Assembly: GCA_004553715.1 (NCBI GenBank)
Contig: SFKP01000006.1
Coordinates: 1 to 61,764 of the forward strand
DNA: 61,764 nucleotides
Direction: 5' to 3'
Origin: Clostridiales bacterium
Lineage (GTDB): Bacteria > Bacillota > Clostridia > TANB77 > CAG-508
Shown here: positions 11,738 through 23,316 of the stretch, piece after piece
Numbering within the stretch: position 1 is the first letter of the stretch
Layout of the letters: every line of letters begins with the position of its first letter
Program-made: the position numbers and the translations under genes
Notes under the pieces: model-generated
What the model was told of the DNA's origin: nothing
What the model saw: only the letters and a program-made list of their open reading frames with translations
The model's database searches: none

Positions 11738-11881
11738 GTTAATGTTCAGACCAAAATTTTCAAATTAGTAGCTCCACGTGTCGGTTGGACATTTTCTTTT
11801 CTTAGGCTAAAGCACGAAAAGAAAATGTCCAATCGACAGCAAGATGGAGCGGATTATATATTAATTAGTCTAAACTGTACC
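11738..11881 (+). mobile_element. MITE copy C (full length, central hairpin loop flipped relative to the other copies)
   Basis: Same ends and arms as copy B. 8-bp direct repeat CACTATTC at 11730-11737 and 11882-11889. Confidence 0.85.
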
Positions 11882-11975
11882 CACTATTCATTCTATTTTA
11901 TACTTAAGCAAAAACTTTAATACAATAACAAAAAAATGTAAATTTTCATAAAATATATATATTAGATTATATTTT

Positions 11976-12670
11976 ATGGAGGGATTTATGGCTAAAATAT
12001 TAATTTTTAACAATGATTCAAATAGAATGGAAACATATTATAGAGGAGAAGTTGAAAGAATGCCATATAATAACAACAGAACATTAACCGTAAAAGAGTT
12101 TAGAGGTTCAAGCAAAAGTTCTACTTTATGGACAACAAAAAGAACAATGCAAAGCTGGAATACAACAAGATATTTATACGGTGCACCAATTCCTGTAGGT
12201 TTTGCTTTTAAAAGACCTTGGGAACGGAGGACATGGATTCCAAAGCCAACATTACGCAGGAGTTGCTTTTGACGTAGGTCAGTTACTCACAAATAGCCAA
12301 AGAAATGCTTTATGGAATACTGCAAAAAGTTCCCGGAGTGTGGAGCTATGTAGAACCAAGAGTTTATACACCTACTTGGGTACATTTTGATAAACGCTTT
12401 GGGACTCCTGCATGTAGCACAGGTGGATTTCCTACTTTAAGAAGAGGAAGCATTAGCACTTATGTTTTAATAGCACAAGATGATTTAAATACCTTAGGCT
12501 TTGCAACAGGAGGATTAGATGGAATATTTGGCTCTAAAACAGAAAATGCAGTAAGAAATTATCAATATTCAAGAGGATTAGCAGTTGATGGGATTGTAGG
12601 ATGTAATACTTGGCGCTCACTTCAAGAAAATGTTGTAGGAACTGGAAGAACTAGTACAACAATAGATTAA
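11976..12670 (+). pseudogene. M15-family (VanY/YcbK-like) zinc peptidase with C-terminal peptidoglycan-binding domain, two frameshifts
   Basis: Three overlapping ORFs in successive frames (11976, 12202, 12305) read as one protein: ...FKRPWE / GGHGFQSQHYAGVAFD / GVWSYVEPRVYTPTWVHFD...LAVDGIVGCNTWRSL (PG_binding_1-like). Confidence 0.7.
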
Positions 12671-12747
12671 AAAATACTTGTTCATAATGAAAAACTATGA
12701 TAAAATATAGCAAATATGTAATCTAGAAAGGAGCTAGAATTGTTTTT

Positions 12748-13194
12748 ATGAAAGTAATATTATTGCAAGATATAAAAGGAGTAGGAAAAAAAGATCAAAT
12801 AATTAATGCAAATGATGGATATGCAAGAAATTATTTGTTCCCAAAAAACTTAGGAATTGAAGCAACAAAAGAAAATTTATTAAAGCTTCAAGATAAAAAG
12901 AATTCGATAGCACACAAGAAGAATATTGAAATAGAAAAAAACAAAGAAATTGCAAAAAAGATAGATACAATTACTTTAAATCTTAAAGTAAAAGCTGGAG
13001 AAAATGGCAAAATATTTGGTGGAATAACAGCAAAAGAAATTTCTGAAGAGTTAAAAAAACAGCATGAAATTGATATTGATAAAAAGAAAATAATTTTGAA
13101 AGAAACAATAAAATTAATAGGAAGATTTGTAGTAGAAATTAAATTCGGAGATGGAATTATGGCAAAATTAAAGCTTAATATAATAGCAGAATAA
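12748..13194 (+). CDS. rplI: 50S ribosomal protein L9
   Basis: [37 protein letters not shown]-terminus, 148 aa. Confidence 0.93.
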   Translation: MKVILLQDIKGVGKKDQIINANDGYARNYLFPKNLGIEATKENLLKLQDKKNSIAHKKNIEIEKNKEIAKKIDTITLNLKVKAGENGKIFGGITAKEISEELKKQHEIDIDKKKIILKETIKLIGRFVVEIKFGDGIMAKLKLNIIAE

Positions 13195-13209
13195 AGATAG
13201 TAAAGGAAT

Positions 13210-14550
13210 GTGATAAAAATGGAAGTCGGGAAAGTGCCACCACATGATACAGAAGCAGAACAAGCTGTTCTTGGAAGTATGTTAACAGATGTAGATGCAG
13301 TAGTTGACGCAATAGAGATATTAAAACCAGAGGATTTTTATAGAGAAGATAATAAAAATATATATGAAGCAATGCTGAATTTATATGGAAAAGCAGAACC
13401 AATAGATGTTATAACTGTAAAATCAGAATTAACATCAATGGGAAAATTCGAAGTAGTAGGAGGCTTAGAATATCTTGCAACACTTCCAGATAAAGTACCT
13501 ACTACAACAAATGCGATTAAATATATTCACATTGTAGAAGAAAAATCTATACTTAGAAAATTAATAAAAACAGCAAATGACTTAATATCATTAGGATATG
13601 CTCAAAATGAAGATATTGATGTGATAATAGAGCAAGCAGAAAAGAAAATTTTTGATATAATGCAAGGAAAAAATCAAAAAGGATATACTGCATTAAAAGA
13701 TATATTGGTAGAAAGTTTTGCAGAAATAGAAAAATTATATAATCAAAAAGAAGCTATAACAGGTATTCCTACAGGATTTGCAGATTTAGATTATAAAACT
13801 GCAGGTCTTCACAAATCAGATTTAATATTAATTGCTGCAAGACCAGCAATGGGTAAATCAGCATTTGCATTAAATATTGCAACAAATGCTGCAATAAATG
13901 CCAAAGTACCAGTAATTATATTTAACTTAGAAATGTCTAAATCACAATTAGTAAACAGAATGTTATGTAGTGAAGCAATGGTAGATAGCAACAAAATAAG
14001 AACAGGTAAAATGGATGAAGAAGATTGGGTAAAACTTGCGACAGCATTAGGTCCATTGTCAGAAGCACCTATATATATTGATGATACACCAGGAATAACT
14101 GTTTCAGAAATAAGAGCAAAATGTAGAAAGTTAAAATTAGAAAAAGATATTGGACTAGTTGTAATAGATTATTTACAATTGATACAAGGAAGTGGAAAGA
14201 AAAATGCTAGCCGTGAGCAAGAAATTTCCGAGATAAGTAGATCTTTAAAAATTCTTGCAAAAGAATTGGATATTCCTGTAGTTGCATTGTCACAATTATC
14301 AAGAGCAGCAGAACAACGTGCAGACCATAGACCAATGCTTTCAGACCTTCGTGAATCAGGCGCTATCGAGCAAGATGCAGATATTGTTATGTTTTTATAT
14401 AGAGATGACTATTATAATCCAGATACAGAAAAGAAAAATATTGCAGAAATAATACTTGCAAAACATAGGGCAGGTTCAACAGGAACGATTGAACTATTAT
14501 GGCTTGGAAATTATACTAAGTTTGCAAATATAGAGAAGTATAGAGACTAA
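13210..14550 (+). CDS. dnaB: replicative DNA helicase
   Basis: PPHDTEAEQAVLGSML N-terminus, Walker A ARPAMGKSAF, conserved rplI-dnaB linkage. ATG 13219 is the more likely start. Confidence 0.93.
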   Translation: MIKMEVGKVPPHDTEAEQAVLGSMLTDVDAVVDAIEILKPEDFYREDNKNIYEAMLNLYGKAEPIDVITVKSELTSMGKFEVVGGLEYLATLPDKVPTTTNAIKYIHIVEEKSILRKLIKTANDLISLGYAQNEDIDVIIEQAEKKIFDIMQGKNQKGYTALKDILVESFAEIEKLYNQKEAITGIPTGFADLDYKTAGLHKSDLILIAARPAMGKSAFALNIATNAAINAKVPVIIFNLEMSKSQLVNRMLCSEAMVDSNKIRTGKMDEEDWVKLATALGPLSEAPIYIDDTPGITVSEIRAKCRKLKLEKDIGLVVIDYLQLIQGSGKKNASREQEISEISRSLKILAKELDIPVVALSQLSRAAEQRADHRPMLSDLRESGAIEQDADIVMFLYRDDYYNPDTEKKNIAEIILAKHRAGSTGTIELLWLGNYTKFANIEKYRD

Positions 14551-14562
14551 AAGAGGAATAGT

Positions 14563-15552
14563 ATGAAAAAAGAAATTTTACAAACAATAGAAAAGTATAA
14601 TTTAATAAATAATGGAGATAAAATAGTAATAGGTGTTTCTGGCGGGCCAGATTCAATATGTTTATTACATATTTTAAATTCAATAAAATCTGAATTAGGT
14701 ATTTCTATTTATGTTGCGCATATTAATCACATGATAAGAGAAGTAGCAGATGATGAAACAAAATATGTTGAAGAATTTTGCGAAAGAATAGGAGTAAAAT
14801 GCTATATAAAAAAAGCAGATGTAGTTTCTATTGCCAAAGAAAGTGGTAAAGGAACTGAAGAAACAGGAAGAAATATAAGATATCAATTTTTTAACGAGGT
14901 GGCAGAAAAAGTAGGCGCAAATAAAATTGCTACTGCACATAATAAAAATGATAGAGCAGAAACTGTTATATTTAATATTTTAAGAGGAAGCGGATTGTCT
15001 GGATTAAAAGGAATAGAAGCAAAAAGAGATGAAAAATACATAAGACCACTGATAGAAATTGGACGAGATGAAATAGAAAAGTATTGCAATGACAATAATT
15101 TAGATCCCAAATATGATGAAAGCAATTTGGAAACAGTATATACTAGAAATAAAATTCGAAACATAGTGCTTCCGTACATAAAGAAAGAATTTAATCCAAA
15201 CATAATAAATACGATAAATAGGTTATCGGAAGTGGCAGAAGAAGAGAATAATTATTTAAATAAAATAACCGAAGATGCGTTTAATAACGTATTAATTGAA
15301 AAAAATAAGAACATAGCGTTAGATTTAAAAAAATTTAATAATCTTGAATTAGTAATAAAAAGAAGAGTAATACTATATACTATAAATGAGATCTTGGGCA
15401 CAACTCAAGGAATAGAAAAAATAAATATACAAGAAATTATTAATTTATGCACCAAAAACATTGGAAATAAATTTTTAATTCCAACTAAGGCAATAAAAAT
15501 TTTGGTCAAAAATAAAATAATCTTTTTTATTCCAAACCATGACCTTCCGTAG
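14563..15552 (+). CDS. tilS: tRNA(Ile)-lysidine synthetase
   Basis: PP-loop SGGPDS near the N-terminus, 329 aa, conserved position upstream of ftsH. Confidence 0.88.
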   Translation: MKKEILQTIEKYNLINNGDKIVIGVSGGPDSICLLHILNSIKSELGISIYVAHINHMIREVADDETKYVEEFCERIGVKCYIKKADVVSIAKESGKGTEETGRNIRYQFFNEVAEKVGANKIATAHNKNDRAETVIFNILRGSGLSGLKGIEAKRDEKYIRPLIEIGRDEIEKYCNDNNLDPKYDESNLETVYTRNKIRNIVLPYIKKEFNPNIINTINRLSEVAEEENNYLNKITEDAFNNVLIEKNKNIALDLKKFNNLELVIKRRVILYTINEILGTTQGIEKINIQEIINLCTKNIGNKFLIPTKAIKILVKNKIIFFIPNHDLP

Positions 15553-15668
15553 GAAAACCTAGAAACAAGCTTAATATAACGGAAAAAAACTTTTGAAAAA
15601 GTGTTGAAATTATAAAATCAATATGCTATATTTCATATCATAAAGATTAAGAAATAGGAGTAGTTTAT

Positions 15669-17465
15669 ATGAAAAATGGTTTAAAAACATTAGCAATGTG
15701 GCTAATTTTAGGTATAATTTTTATATTAATTTTATCTTCAGTATTAGAAAATTCCGAAACAAAACTTACTTATTCGGCTCTTATGTCAGAAATAGCTAAA
15801 GGAAATGTTAATACTATAGAAATAGAAGCAGATGGAACAAGGGCATATGTTACTTTAAAAGATTCTAAAATTGAGAAAAAAGTAAATATACCAAGTTTAG
15901 AAAGCTTCATGGATAATATTAATGAATATGTTGTAGAAGGAAGCATATCAGTAGAACAAAAAACTCAATCAATTATTATAACAATTTTAACTTTGTTATC
16001 ACCTTTTGCAATATTAATAATTGGATTACTATTTTGGGTTTTATTTATGAGTAATCCACAAAGTAATAATAAAACAATGACATTTGGTAAAAGTAAAGCA
16101 AAAATGGTTGGAGGAACAGAAAAAGGAAAAATTACTTTTAAAGATGTAGCAGGTGTTGATGAAGAAAAAGAAGAATTAGAAGAAATAGTAGAATTCTTAA
16201 AATCACCAAAGAAATTTACCGATATGGGAGCTAGAATTCCAAAAGGCGTTTTACTAGTAGGTCACCCAGGAACAGGTAAAACCCTACTTGCAAAAGCAGT
16301 AGCAGGAGAAGCAGGAGTACCATTCTTTATAATAAGTGGTTCAGAATTCGTAGAAATGTTTGTTGGTGTTGGAGCATCAAGAGTAAGAGATTTATTTAAT
16401 GAAGCAAAAAAGAATGCCCCTTGTATAATTTTTATAGATGAGATTGATGCAGTAGGACGCCAAAGAGGAGCAGGATTAGGTGGAGGACATGATGAAAGAG
16501 AGCAAACATTAAATCAATTATTAGTTGAAATGGATGGATTTGGTACAAACGAAGGAGTAATAGTAATTGCAGCAACAAATAGACCAGATGTATTAGATAA
16601 AGCATTATTAAGGCCAGGAAGATTTGATAGACAAATAGTAGTATCAGCACCAGATGTTAAAGCAAGGGAAGAAATTTTAGAAGTTCATAGTAGAAAGAAA
16701 AGAATCTCACCAGAAGTAGATTTAAAGGTAATTGCAAAAAACACAGCAGGATTTGTTGGAGCAGATTTGGAGAACATTTTAAATGAAGCAGCATTACTTG
16801 CAGCAAGAAGAAATAAACCAGAAATTGAAATGGAAGAAATAGAAGATGCAATGATAAAAGTGACAATGGGACCAGAAAAGAAGAGCAAAGTAAGAAGCGA
16901 AAAAGAAAACAAATTAGTAGCTTTCCATGAAGCAGGCCATGCAGTAGTTAGCAAATATTTACCAACACAAGATACAGTTCATCAAATTTCTATAGTACCA
17001 CGTGGTATGGCAGGTGGATATACTATGTATAGACCAGAAGAAGATAAAAATTTTATGTCTAAATCTGAGATGGAAGAATCTATCATATCTCTACTTGGAG
17101 GAAGAGTAGCAGAAGGATTAGTCTTAGGCGATATCTCTACAGGAGCAAGCAATGATATCGAAAGAGCATCTAAACTTGCAAGAGATATGGTAACAAAATA
17201 TGGTATGAGTGGAACGATTGGAACAATAACTTTTGGTTCTGGTCAAGAAGAGGTTTTCCTAGGAAGAGACTTTGCGCAAACTAGAAATTATAGCGAAGAA
17301 ACAGCAGCTATAATTGATGAAGAAGTTAAAAAAATAATAGATAAGGCCTACAAAAGAGCACAAGAAATACTTACAGAACATATGGATAAATTACAAACTG
17401 TAGCAGGAGTATTACTAGAAAAAGAAAAAATAGATGGAGATGAATTTGAAGCAATATTTGCTTAA
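15669..17465 (+). CDS. ftsH: ATP-dependent zinc metalloprotease FtsH
   Basis: Two N-terminal TM segments, Walker A GHPGTGKT, second region of homology, HEAGHAV zinc site. Confidence 0.96.
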   Translation: MKNGLKTLAMWLILGIIFILILSSVLENSETKLTYSALMSEIAKGNVNTIEIEADGTRAYVTLKDSKIEKKVNIPSLESFMDNINEYVVEGSISVEQKTQSIIITILTLLSPFAILIIGLLFWVLFMSNPQSNNKTMTFGKSKAKMVGGTEKGKITFKDVAGVDEEKEELEEIVEFLKSPKKFTDMGARIPKGVLLVGHPGTGKTLLAKAVAGEAGVPFFIISGSEFVEMFVGVGASRVRDLFNEAKKNAPCIIFIDEIDAVGRQRGAGLGGGHDEREQTLNQLLVEMDGFGTNEGVIVIAATNRPDVLDKALLRPGRFDRQIVVSAPDVKAREEILEVHSRKKRISPEVDLKVIAKNTAGFVGADLENILNEAALLAARRNKPEIEMEEIEDAMIKVTMGPEKKSKVRSEKENKLVAFHEAGHAVVSKYLPTQDTVHQISIVPRGMAGGYTMYRPEEDKNFMSKSEMEESIISLLGGRVAEGLVLGDISTGASNDIERASKLARDMVTKYGMSGTIGTITFGSGQEEVFLGRDFAQTRNYSEETAAIIDEEVKKIIDKAYKRAQEILTEHMDKLQTVAGVLLEKEKIDGDEFEAIFA

Positions 17466-17682
17466 AATAAAAGAGGCATATGAATTTATGTCTCTTTCTT
17501 GGCAATTTAAGGAAAATCATGGATTCTTTTCTTAAACTACCAAGAAAAAGCAAAACAATTCACAGAAATTTTCTACGAAATTTTCGTGGGCGAACAAAAA
17601 CGGGAATATCAGTTTTTATAAAAATTATAATATTTTAATTATATCAATTTTGTTCTAGGATAATTAATTATAGGAGGAAGTT

Positions 17683-18171
17683 ATGGATAATAAATGTCAA
17701 TGTGGTGGAGACCAAAAAGATGAAAGAATGGAAAAAATATTAAAACCATATAAACAAGATAAAAGTAATTTAATACAGATATTAAATGATGTACAAGAGG
17801 CTTATGGATATATTCCAAGAGATGCACAGCTTGCAATATCAGAATATTTAGGAGTCCCAATGGCAGAAATATATGGAGTAATTACATTTTATTCAAGATT
17901 TTCATTAAAACCAAAAGGTAAATACAATGTTGCAGTATGTTTAGGAACAGCTTGTTATGTAAAAGGTTCAGAAAAAATATTAGACAAACTAAAAGAAAAA
18001 CTAGGAATTGATGTTGGACAAACTACAAAAGATGGAAAATTCTCAATAGAAGCAACAAGATGTATAGGCGCATGTGGGTTAGCTCCAGTATTTACTGTAA
18101 ATGGTGAAGTATATGGCAAAGCTACGCCAGAATTACTAGAAAAAGTAATTGATGAGTATATGAATAAATAA
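17683..18171 (+). CDS. hydC: NuoE-like [2Fe-2S] subunit of bifurcating-type [FeFe] hydrogenase
   Basis: 162 aa, thioredoxin-like 2Fe-2S motifs CLGTACYVKG...CIGACGLAP, first gene of a three-gene set. Confidence 0.85.
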   Translation: MDNKCQCGGDQKDERMEKILKPYKQDKSNLIQILNDVQEAYGYIPRDAQLAISEYLGVPMAEIYGVITFYSRFSLKPKGKYNVAVCLGTACYVKGSEKILDKLKEKLGIDVGQTTKDGKFSIEATRCIGACGLAPVFTVNGEVYGKATPELLEKVIDEYMNK

Positions 18172-18197
18172 AAGTTAAGAAAGACAAAGGAGGAAAA

Positions 18198-20051
18198 ATG
18201 AAAACATTAGAAGAGATAAGAAAGATTAGAGAAGAAAAAAGAAAAGAATTAGATTTAAGAGTAAATTTAAAAGCAAACACTGTAGAAAAACATATATTAG
18301 TGTGTAGAGGAACAGGTTGTACTTCATCACATTCGCCACAAATAATAGAAAAATTTAGAGAAATAATAAAAGAAAAAAACATACAAAATGTAAAAGTAAT
18401 TCAAACAGGATGCTTTGGATTATGTAGTAAAGGGCCTATTGTTATAATAAGACCAGAAGATGTATTTTATTCAATGGTAAAACCAGAAGATTGTGAAGAA
18501 ATAATTAATACACATATTTTAGGTGGAAATCTAGTAGAAAGATTATTATGCAAAGATATTGATAAATCAGAAGTAAAAAGATTAGATGAACTTAATTTTT
18601 ATAAAAAGCAGAAAAGAATAGCATTAAAAAATTGTGGCATAATAGACCCAGAGAACATTGACGAATATATTGCTTTTGATGGATATAAAGCTTTAGAAAA
18701 AGTGCTATTTGAAATGACTGCTGAAGAAGTAATAAACCAAATTTCGGAATCTGGTTTAAGAGGAAGAGGTGGAGCAGGATTCCCAACAGGTAAAAAGTGG
18801 GAATTTACAAGAATTGCAAAAGGCACGCAAAAATATGTTGTTTGTAATGCAGATGAAGGAGATCCAGGAGCTTTTATGGATAGAAGCATATTAGAAGGAG
18901 ACCCACATTCTGTTATAGAAGCTATGATGATAGCAGGATATAGCATAGGAGCAGATAAAGGATATATTTATGTAAGAGCAGAGTATCCTATAGCAGTGCA
19001 AAGATTAAAAGTAGCAATAAATCAGGCAAGAGAATATGGAATCCTTGGAGAAAATATTTTTAATACAGGATTTAATTTTGATGTAGATGTAAGATTAGGA
19101 GCTGGAGCCTTTGTTTGTGGAGAAGAAACAGCTCTTCTAGAATCAATAGAAGGAAAAACAGGAAGACCAAGATTAAAACCACCATTTCCAGCAAATTATG
19201 GATTATGGGGAAAACCAACATTAATTAATAATGTGGAAACTTATGCGAATGTTACAAGAATAATACTAAATGGTGCAAAATGGTATAGTAGTATTGGTAC
19301 AGAAAAATCTAAAGGAACAAAGGTATTTGCACTTGGGGGAAATGTTGTAAATGTAGGATTAGTAGAAGTACCAATGGGTACAACTTTAAGAGAGATTGTT
19401 TTTGATATAGGTGGTGGAATACCAGGAGGGAAAGAATTTAAAGCAGCTCAAACAGGTGGACCTTCAGGAGGATGTATTCCAAAAGAGCATTTAGATATCC
19501 CAATAGATTATGAATCATTATCTGAAATAGGTTCTATGATGGGTTCAGGTGGACTTATCATAATGGATGATACAAAATGTATGGTAAATCTTGCAAAATT
19601 CTATTTAGGCTTTATTGTAGATGAATCTTGTGGAAAATGTACACCTTGTAGGATTGGTACAAAAAGAATGTTAGAAATATTAGAAAAAATAACAGAAGGA
19701 AAAGCAGATATGGAGGATTTAGAAAAATTAGAAAGACTAGCAGGAACTGTAAAAACTTCTTCTGTATGTGGATTAGGACAAACAGCACCAAATCCAGTGT
19801 TAAGTACACTTCGCTATTTTAGAGATGAATATTTAGAACATATTAAAAATAAAAATTGCCCAACAGGTGAATGTAAGGCACTTTCACACATGCAAATTAA
19901 TCCAGAAAAATGCAAAAAATGCGGACTTTGTGCTAGAAATTGCCCAGTAGGAGCAATTATAGGAAGCCGTGAAGAAGGATATAAAATAGATGTTGATAAA
20001 TGTATCAAATGTGGACTTTGCAAAAGCAAATGTAATTTTAAAGCTATATAA
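18198..20051 (+). CDS. hydB: NuoF-like flavoprotein subunit (FMN/NAD(H) binding, Fe-S) of [FeFe] hydrogenase
   Basis: 617 aa, GRGGAGFPTG FMN motif, ESCGKCTPCR 4Fe-4S motif, C-terminal 2x CxxCxxCxxxCP ferredoxin motifs. Confidence 0.88.
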   Translation: MKTLEEIRKIREEKRKELDLRVNLKANTVEKHILVCRGTGCTSSHSPQIIEKFREIIKEKNIQNVKVIQTGCFGLCSKGPIVIIRPEDVFYSMVKPEDCEEIINTHILGGNLVERLLCKDIDKSEVKRLDELNFYKKQKRIALKNCGIIDPENIDEYIAFDGYKALEKVLFEMTAEEVINQISESGLRGRGGAGFPTGKKWEFTRIAKGTQKYVVCNADEGDPGAFMDRSILEGDPHSVIEAMMIAGYSIGADKGYIYVRAEYPIAVQRLKVAINQAREYGILGENIFNTGFNFDVDVRLGAGAFVCGEETALLESIEGKTGRPRLKPPFPANYGLWGKPTLINNVETYANVTRIILNGAKWYSSIGTEKSKGTKVFALGGNVVNVGLVEVPMGTTLREIVFDIGGGIPGGKEFKAAQTGGPSGGCIPKEHLDIPIDYESLSEIGSMMGSGGLIIMDDTKCMVNLAKFYLGFIVDESCGKCTPCRIGTKRMLEILEKITEGKADMEDLEKLERLAGTVKTSSVCGLGQTAPNPVLSTLRYFRDEYLEHIKNKNCPTGECKALSHMQINPEKCKKCGLCARNCPVGAIIGSREEGYKIDVDKCIKCGLCKSKCNFKAI

Positions 20052-20077
20052 AACTTGTATAAGAAAGGAGACTTTAA

Positions 20078-21826
20078 ATGTCTGAAAAAATAAAATTAAC
20101 CATTGATGGCAAAGAGGTAGAGGTAAATAGAGGTACAACAGTGCTTGAAGCAGCAAGAAAATTAAATATTGATATTCCAACGTTGTGTTTCCTAAAAGAA
20201 ATAAATCAAGCCGGAGATTGTAGGATGTGTATAGTAGAAATTGCAGGAAGAAGGGGATTTGTTCCATCTTGTATAACTATGGCAGAAGATGGAATGGAGG
20301 TAAAAACAAACACACCTGAACTTGAAGATTCAAGAAAGATTATGCTAGATTTAATATTATCTAGTCATAATAGAGATTGTTTAACTTGTGTAAGAAATGG
20401 AAATTGTGAACTTCAAGCATTAGCACAAAAGTATGGAGTAACAAATGTAGAATATGAAGGACAAAAGGTAAATGATTCAATTGATGAATTATCTCCATCA
20501 ATTGTAAGAGATAACAGTAAATGTATAATGTGCAAAAGATGTGTTGCAACATGTAAAAACATACAAGGGATATCTGCAATATCAGTTGCAGGAAGAGGAT
20601 TTGAATCTCATATAGCTACTGAAAACGAAAACAGTTTAAATGATGTAAATTGTACCTTTTGTGGGCAATGTATTGAAGCATGTCCCGTTGGAGCATTAAG
20701 AGAAAAAGACGATACTAAACTTGTATGGAGAAAATTAAGAGATAAAGATACATTTGTTGTAGTACAAACTGCCCCTGCAGTAAGAGTTGCACTTGGAGAA
20801 GAGTTTGGAATGGATATTGGAACAAATGTAGCAGGTAAAATGGTAACAGCTCTAAAAAATCTAGGATTTGATAGAGTATTTGATACAAATACAGGAGCAG
20901 ATTTAACAATTATGGAGGAGGCAAATGAATTTGTAGAAAGACTTACAAAAGGCGAAAATTTGCCTATGATAACATCTTGTAGCCCAGGATGGATAAGATT
21001 TATAGAGATGAACTACCCAGAACTATTGGATAATCTTTCTACTTGTAAATCTCCACATCAGATGTTTGGTGCAATATTAAAAAGCTATTATGCAAAAAAA
21101 GCAAATATAGATCCAAAGAAAATGTTTGTTGTATCAGTAATGCCATGCATCGCAAAAAAGTTCGAAAGATCAAGACCAGAAATGAGAAATGATGACTTAG
21201 ATAATGTTGATGCTGTTATAACAACGCGTGAATTAGCAAGAATGATAAAACAAGCAAATTTAGAATTCAAAAATTTAGAAGAAGGTGCATTTGATGACCC
21301 AATGGGAGAAGCAACAGGTGCTGGAGCAATATTTGGTACAACAGGAGGAGTTATGGAGGCAGCTCTTCGTACGGCGGCGGAAACAATAACAGGAAAAGAG
21401 CTCGACGAAATTGAATTCGAAGAAGTAAGAGGAGAAAAAGGCATAAAAAGAGCAACAATTGATATTGAAGGAAAGAAGATAAATATAGTTGTTGCGCATG
21501 GGTTATCTAATGCGAGAAAAATATTAGAAGAAATAAAACAAGGGAAAGCAGATTATCAATTTGTAGAAATAATGGCATGCCCAGGAGGATGTATTATGGG
21601 TGGAGGACAACCAATAGTAAATTCAAAAACAAGAAGTCAAGTTGATGTAAGAGCAAAAAGAGCAAATGCTCTATATGAAATAGATGAAAAAAGTAAAATT
21701 AGAAAATCACACGAAAATCCAGCAATAAAGAAACTATATTCAGAATTTTTAGAAAAACCAGGAAGCTATAGAGCACATAAATTACTTCATACTCATTATG
21801 AAAAAAGAGAAAAATACAATAAATAA
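20078..21826 (+). CDS. hydA: [FeFe] hydrogenase catalytic subunit
   Basis: 582 aa, N-terminal 2Fe-2S and ferredoxin-like Cys clusters. H-cluster motifs TSCSPGW (variant of TSCCPxW), MPCIAKKFE and EIMACPGGCIMGGGQP. Confidence 0.9.
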   Translation: MSEKIKLTIDGKEVEVNRGTTVLEAARKLNIDIPTLCFLKEINQAGDCRMCIVEIAGRRGFVPSCITMAEDGMEVKTNTPELEDSRKIMLDLILSSHNRDCLTCVRNGNCELQALAQKYGVTNVEYEGQKVNDSIDELSPSIVRDNSKCIMCKRCVATCKNIQGISAISVAGRGFESHIATENENSLNDVNCTFCGQCIEACPVGALREKDDTKLVWRKLRDKDTFVVVQTAPAVRVALGEEFGMDIGTNVAGKMVTALKNLGFDRVFDTNTGADLTIMEEANEFVERLTKGENLPMITSCSPGWIRFIEMNYPELLDNLSTCKSPHQMFGAILKSYYAKKANIDPKKMFVVSVMPCIAKKFERSRPEMRNDDLDNVDAVITTRELARMIKQANLEFKNLEEGAFDDPMGEATGAGAIFGTTGGVMEAALRTAAETITGKELDEIEFEEVRGEKGIKRATIDIEGKKINIVVAHGLSNARKILEEIKQGKADYQFVEIMACPGGCIMGGGQPIVNSKTRSQVDVRAKRANALYEIDEKSKIRKSHENPAIKKLYSEFLEKPGSYRAHKLLHTHYEKREKYNK

Positions 21827-21895
21827 AAAATATTATTTACAAAAACAAAAAAAGATTATATTATAATTATAGAAAAATTAGGAAGGAGAAGATAA

Positions 21896-23296
21896 ATGAC
21901 AGAAACAGAAAAATTAAAAGAATATTTATTTAATGAAAAAAAGTGCGGCTGGGACACAATATCAGAAGAAAAAAAGTTTGAGATAGACAAATTTTCTACC
22001 GAATATATGTATTTCTTAAATAAGTGTAAAACAGAAAGAGAATGCGCAGAATTCATAAAACAAATATTAGAAGAAAACGGATTTACCAATTTGAGAGATA
22101 AATTAGTTTTGCTTCCAGGAGATAAAGTTTACTATATGAATAGAAACAAAACTATTTATGCTGCTGTTATTGGAGAAAAACCAATAGAGGCAGGAATGAA
22201 CATAGTTGGATCACATATCGATTCTCCAAGATTAGATTTAAAACCAAACCCACTATATGAAGATATGGGCTTAGGATATTTAAAAACTCACTATTACGGA
22301 GGAATAAAGAAATATCAATGGACAGCAATTCCATTAAGTATTCATGGAGTATTTGTTAAAACAACAGGTGAAAAGATAGAAATAAAAATAGGAGAAGAAG
22401 AGAATGATCCTATATTTACAATTACAGACTTATTGCCACATTTGGCTCAAGAACAAATGGAAAAGAAGTTAAAAGATGGAATAGATGGAGAAAATTTAAA
22501 TTTACTTGTTGGCAGTGTTCCAATTGGCAATGAAACAATCTCTGAAAGAGTAAAATTAAATATTCTTAAAATATTAAATGACAAATATGGTATTGTAGAA
22601 AAAGATTTTATGAGTGCAGAGATAGAAATCGTACCAGCTTTTAGAGCAAGAAGCTTAGGTTTTGATAGAAGTATGGTGGCAGCTTATGGCCAAGATGATA
22701 GAGTATGTAGTTATTGTAATCTAAGAGCACTTTTAGAGGCTACAAAGCCAGAAAAAACTGCAGTTTCAATATTTGCAGACAAAGAAGAAATAGGAAGTAT
22801 GGGAAATACAGGAATGGAATCTCAAGTTTTTGATACATTTATTTCAGAATTGTTAAATAAAACAAATGAAAACAAACCAAATCTACTTCAAAAGGTATTT
22901 TGCAATTCTAAAATGTTATCAGCAGATGTAGATGCAGGAATGGACCCAATGTATTCAAATGTATCAGAAAAAAATAATAGTTCATATTTAGGACATGGAA
23001 TAGCTATGAACAAATACACAGGATCAAGAGGAAAAGCAGGAGCTTCTGATGCAAATGCTGAGTATGTTGCAGAAATAAGAAATATGTTAGAAAAAGCAAA
23101 TATAAAATATCAAATGGGTGAATTAGGGAAAGTAGATGAAGGTGGTGGAGGCACAATTGCATATATTTTAGCAAACAAAGGAATAGATGTTTTAGATTGT
23201 GGAGTACCAGTATTATCAATGCATGCACCTTATGAGGTGGTAAGCAAATTTGATATTTATGAATCATATAGGGCATATAAGGAGTTTTTTAAATAA
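21896..23296 (+). CDS. M18-family aminopeptidase
   Basis: 466 aa, [13 protein letters not shown] motif and C-terminal MHAPYE typical of M18/aminopeptidase I-like enzymes. Confidence 0.8.
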   Translation: MTETEKLKEYLFNEKKCGWDTISEEKKFEIDKFSTEYMYFLNKCKTERECAEFIKQILEENGFTNLRDKLVLLPGDKVYYMNRNKTIYAAVIGEKPIEAGMNIVGSHIDSPRLDLKPNPLYEDMGLGYLKTHYYGGIKKYQWTAIPLSIHGVFVKTTGEKIEIKIGEEENDPIFTITDLLPHLAQEQMEKKLKDGIDGENLNLLVGSVPIGNETISERVKLNILKILNDKYGIVEKDFMSAEIEIVPAFRARSLGFDRSMVAAYGQDDRVCSYCNLRALLEATKPEKTAVSIFADKEEIGSMGNTGMESQVFDTFISELLNKTNENKPNLLQKVFCNSKMLSADVDAGMDPMYSNVSEKNNSSYLGHGIAMNKYTGSRGKAGASDANAEYVAEIRNMLEKANIKYQMGELGKVDEGGGGTIAYILANKGIDVLDCGVPVLSMHAPYEVVSKFDIYESYRAYKEFFK

Positions 23297-23316
23297 TAGA
23301 TTTAGGAGGAACAGAT

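Noticed and set aside
11556-11920. ORFs 11556-11768 and 11693-11920, and on the minus strand 31731-31955, including the recurring peptide MSNRQQDGADYILI
   Set aside because: The recurring peptide is just the translation of the MITE arm (CGACAGCAAGATGGAGCGGATTATATATTAAT) present in several copies. The ORFs cross element boundaries and lack RBSs.
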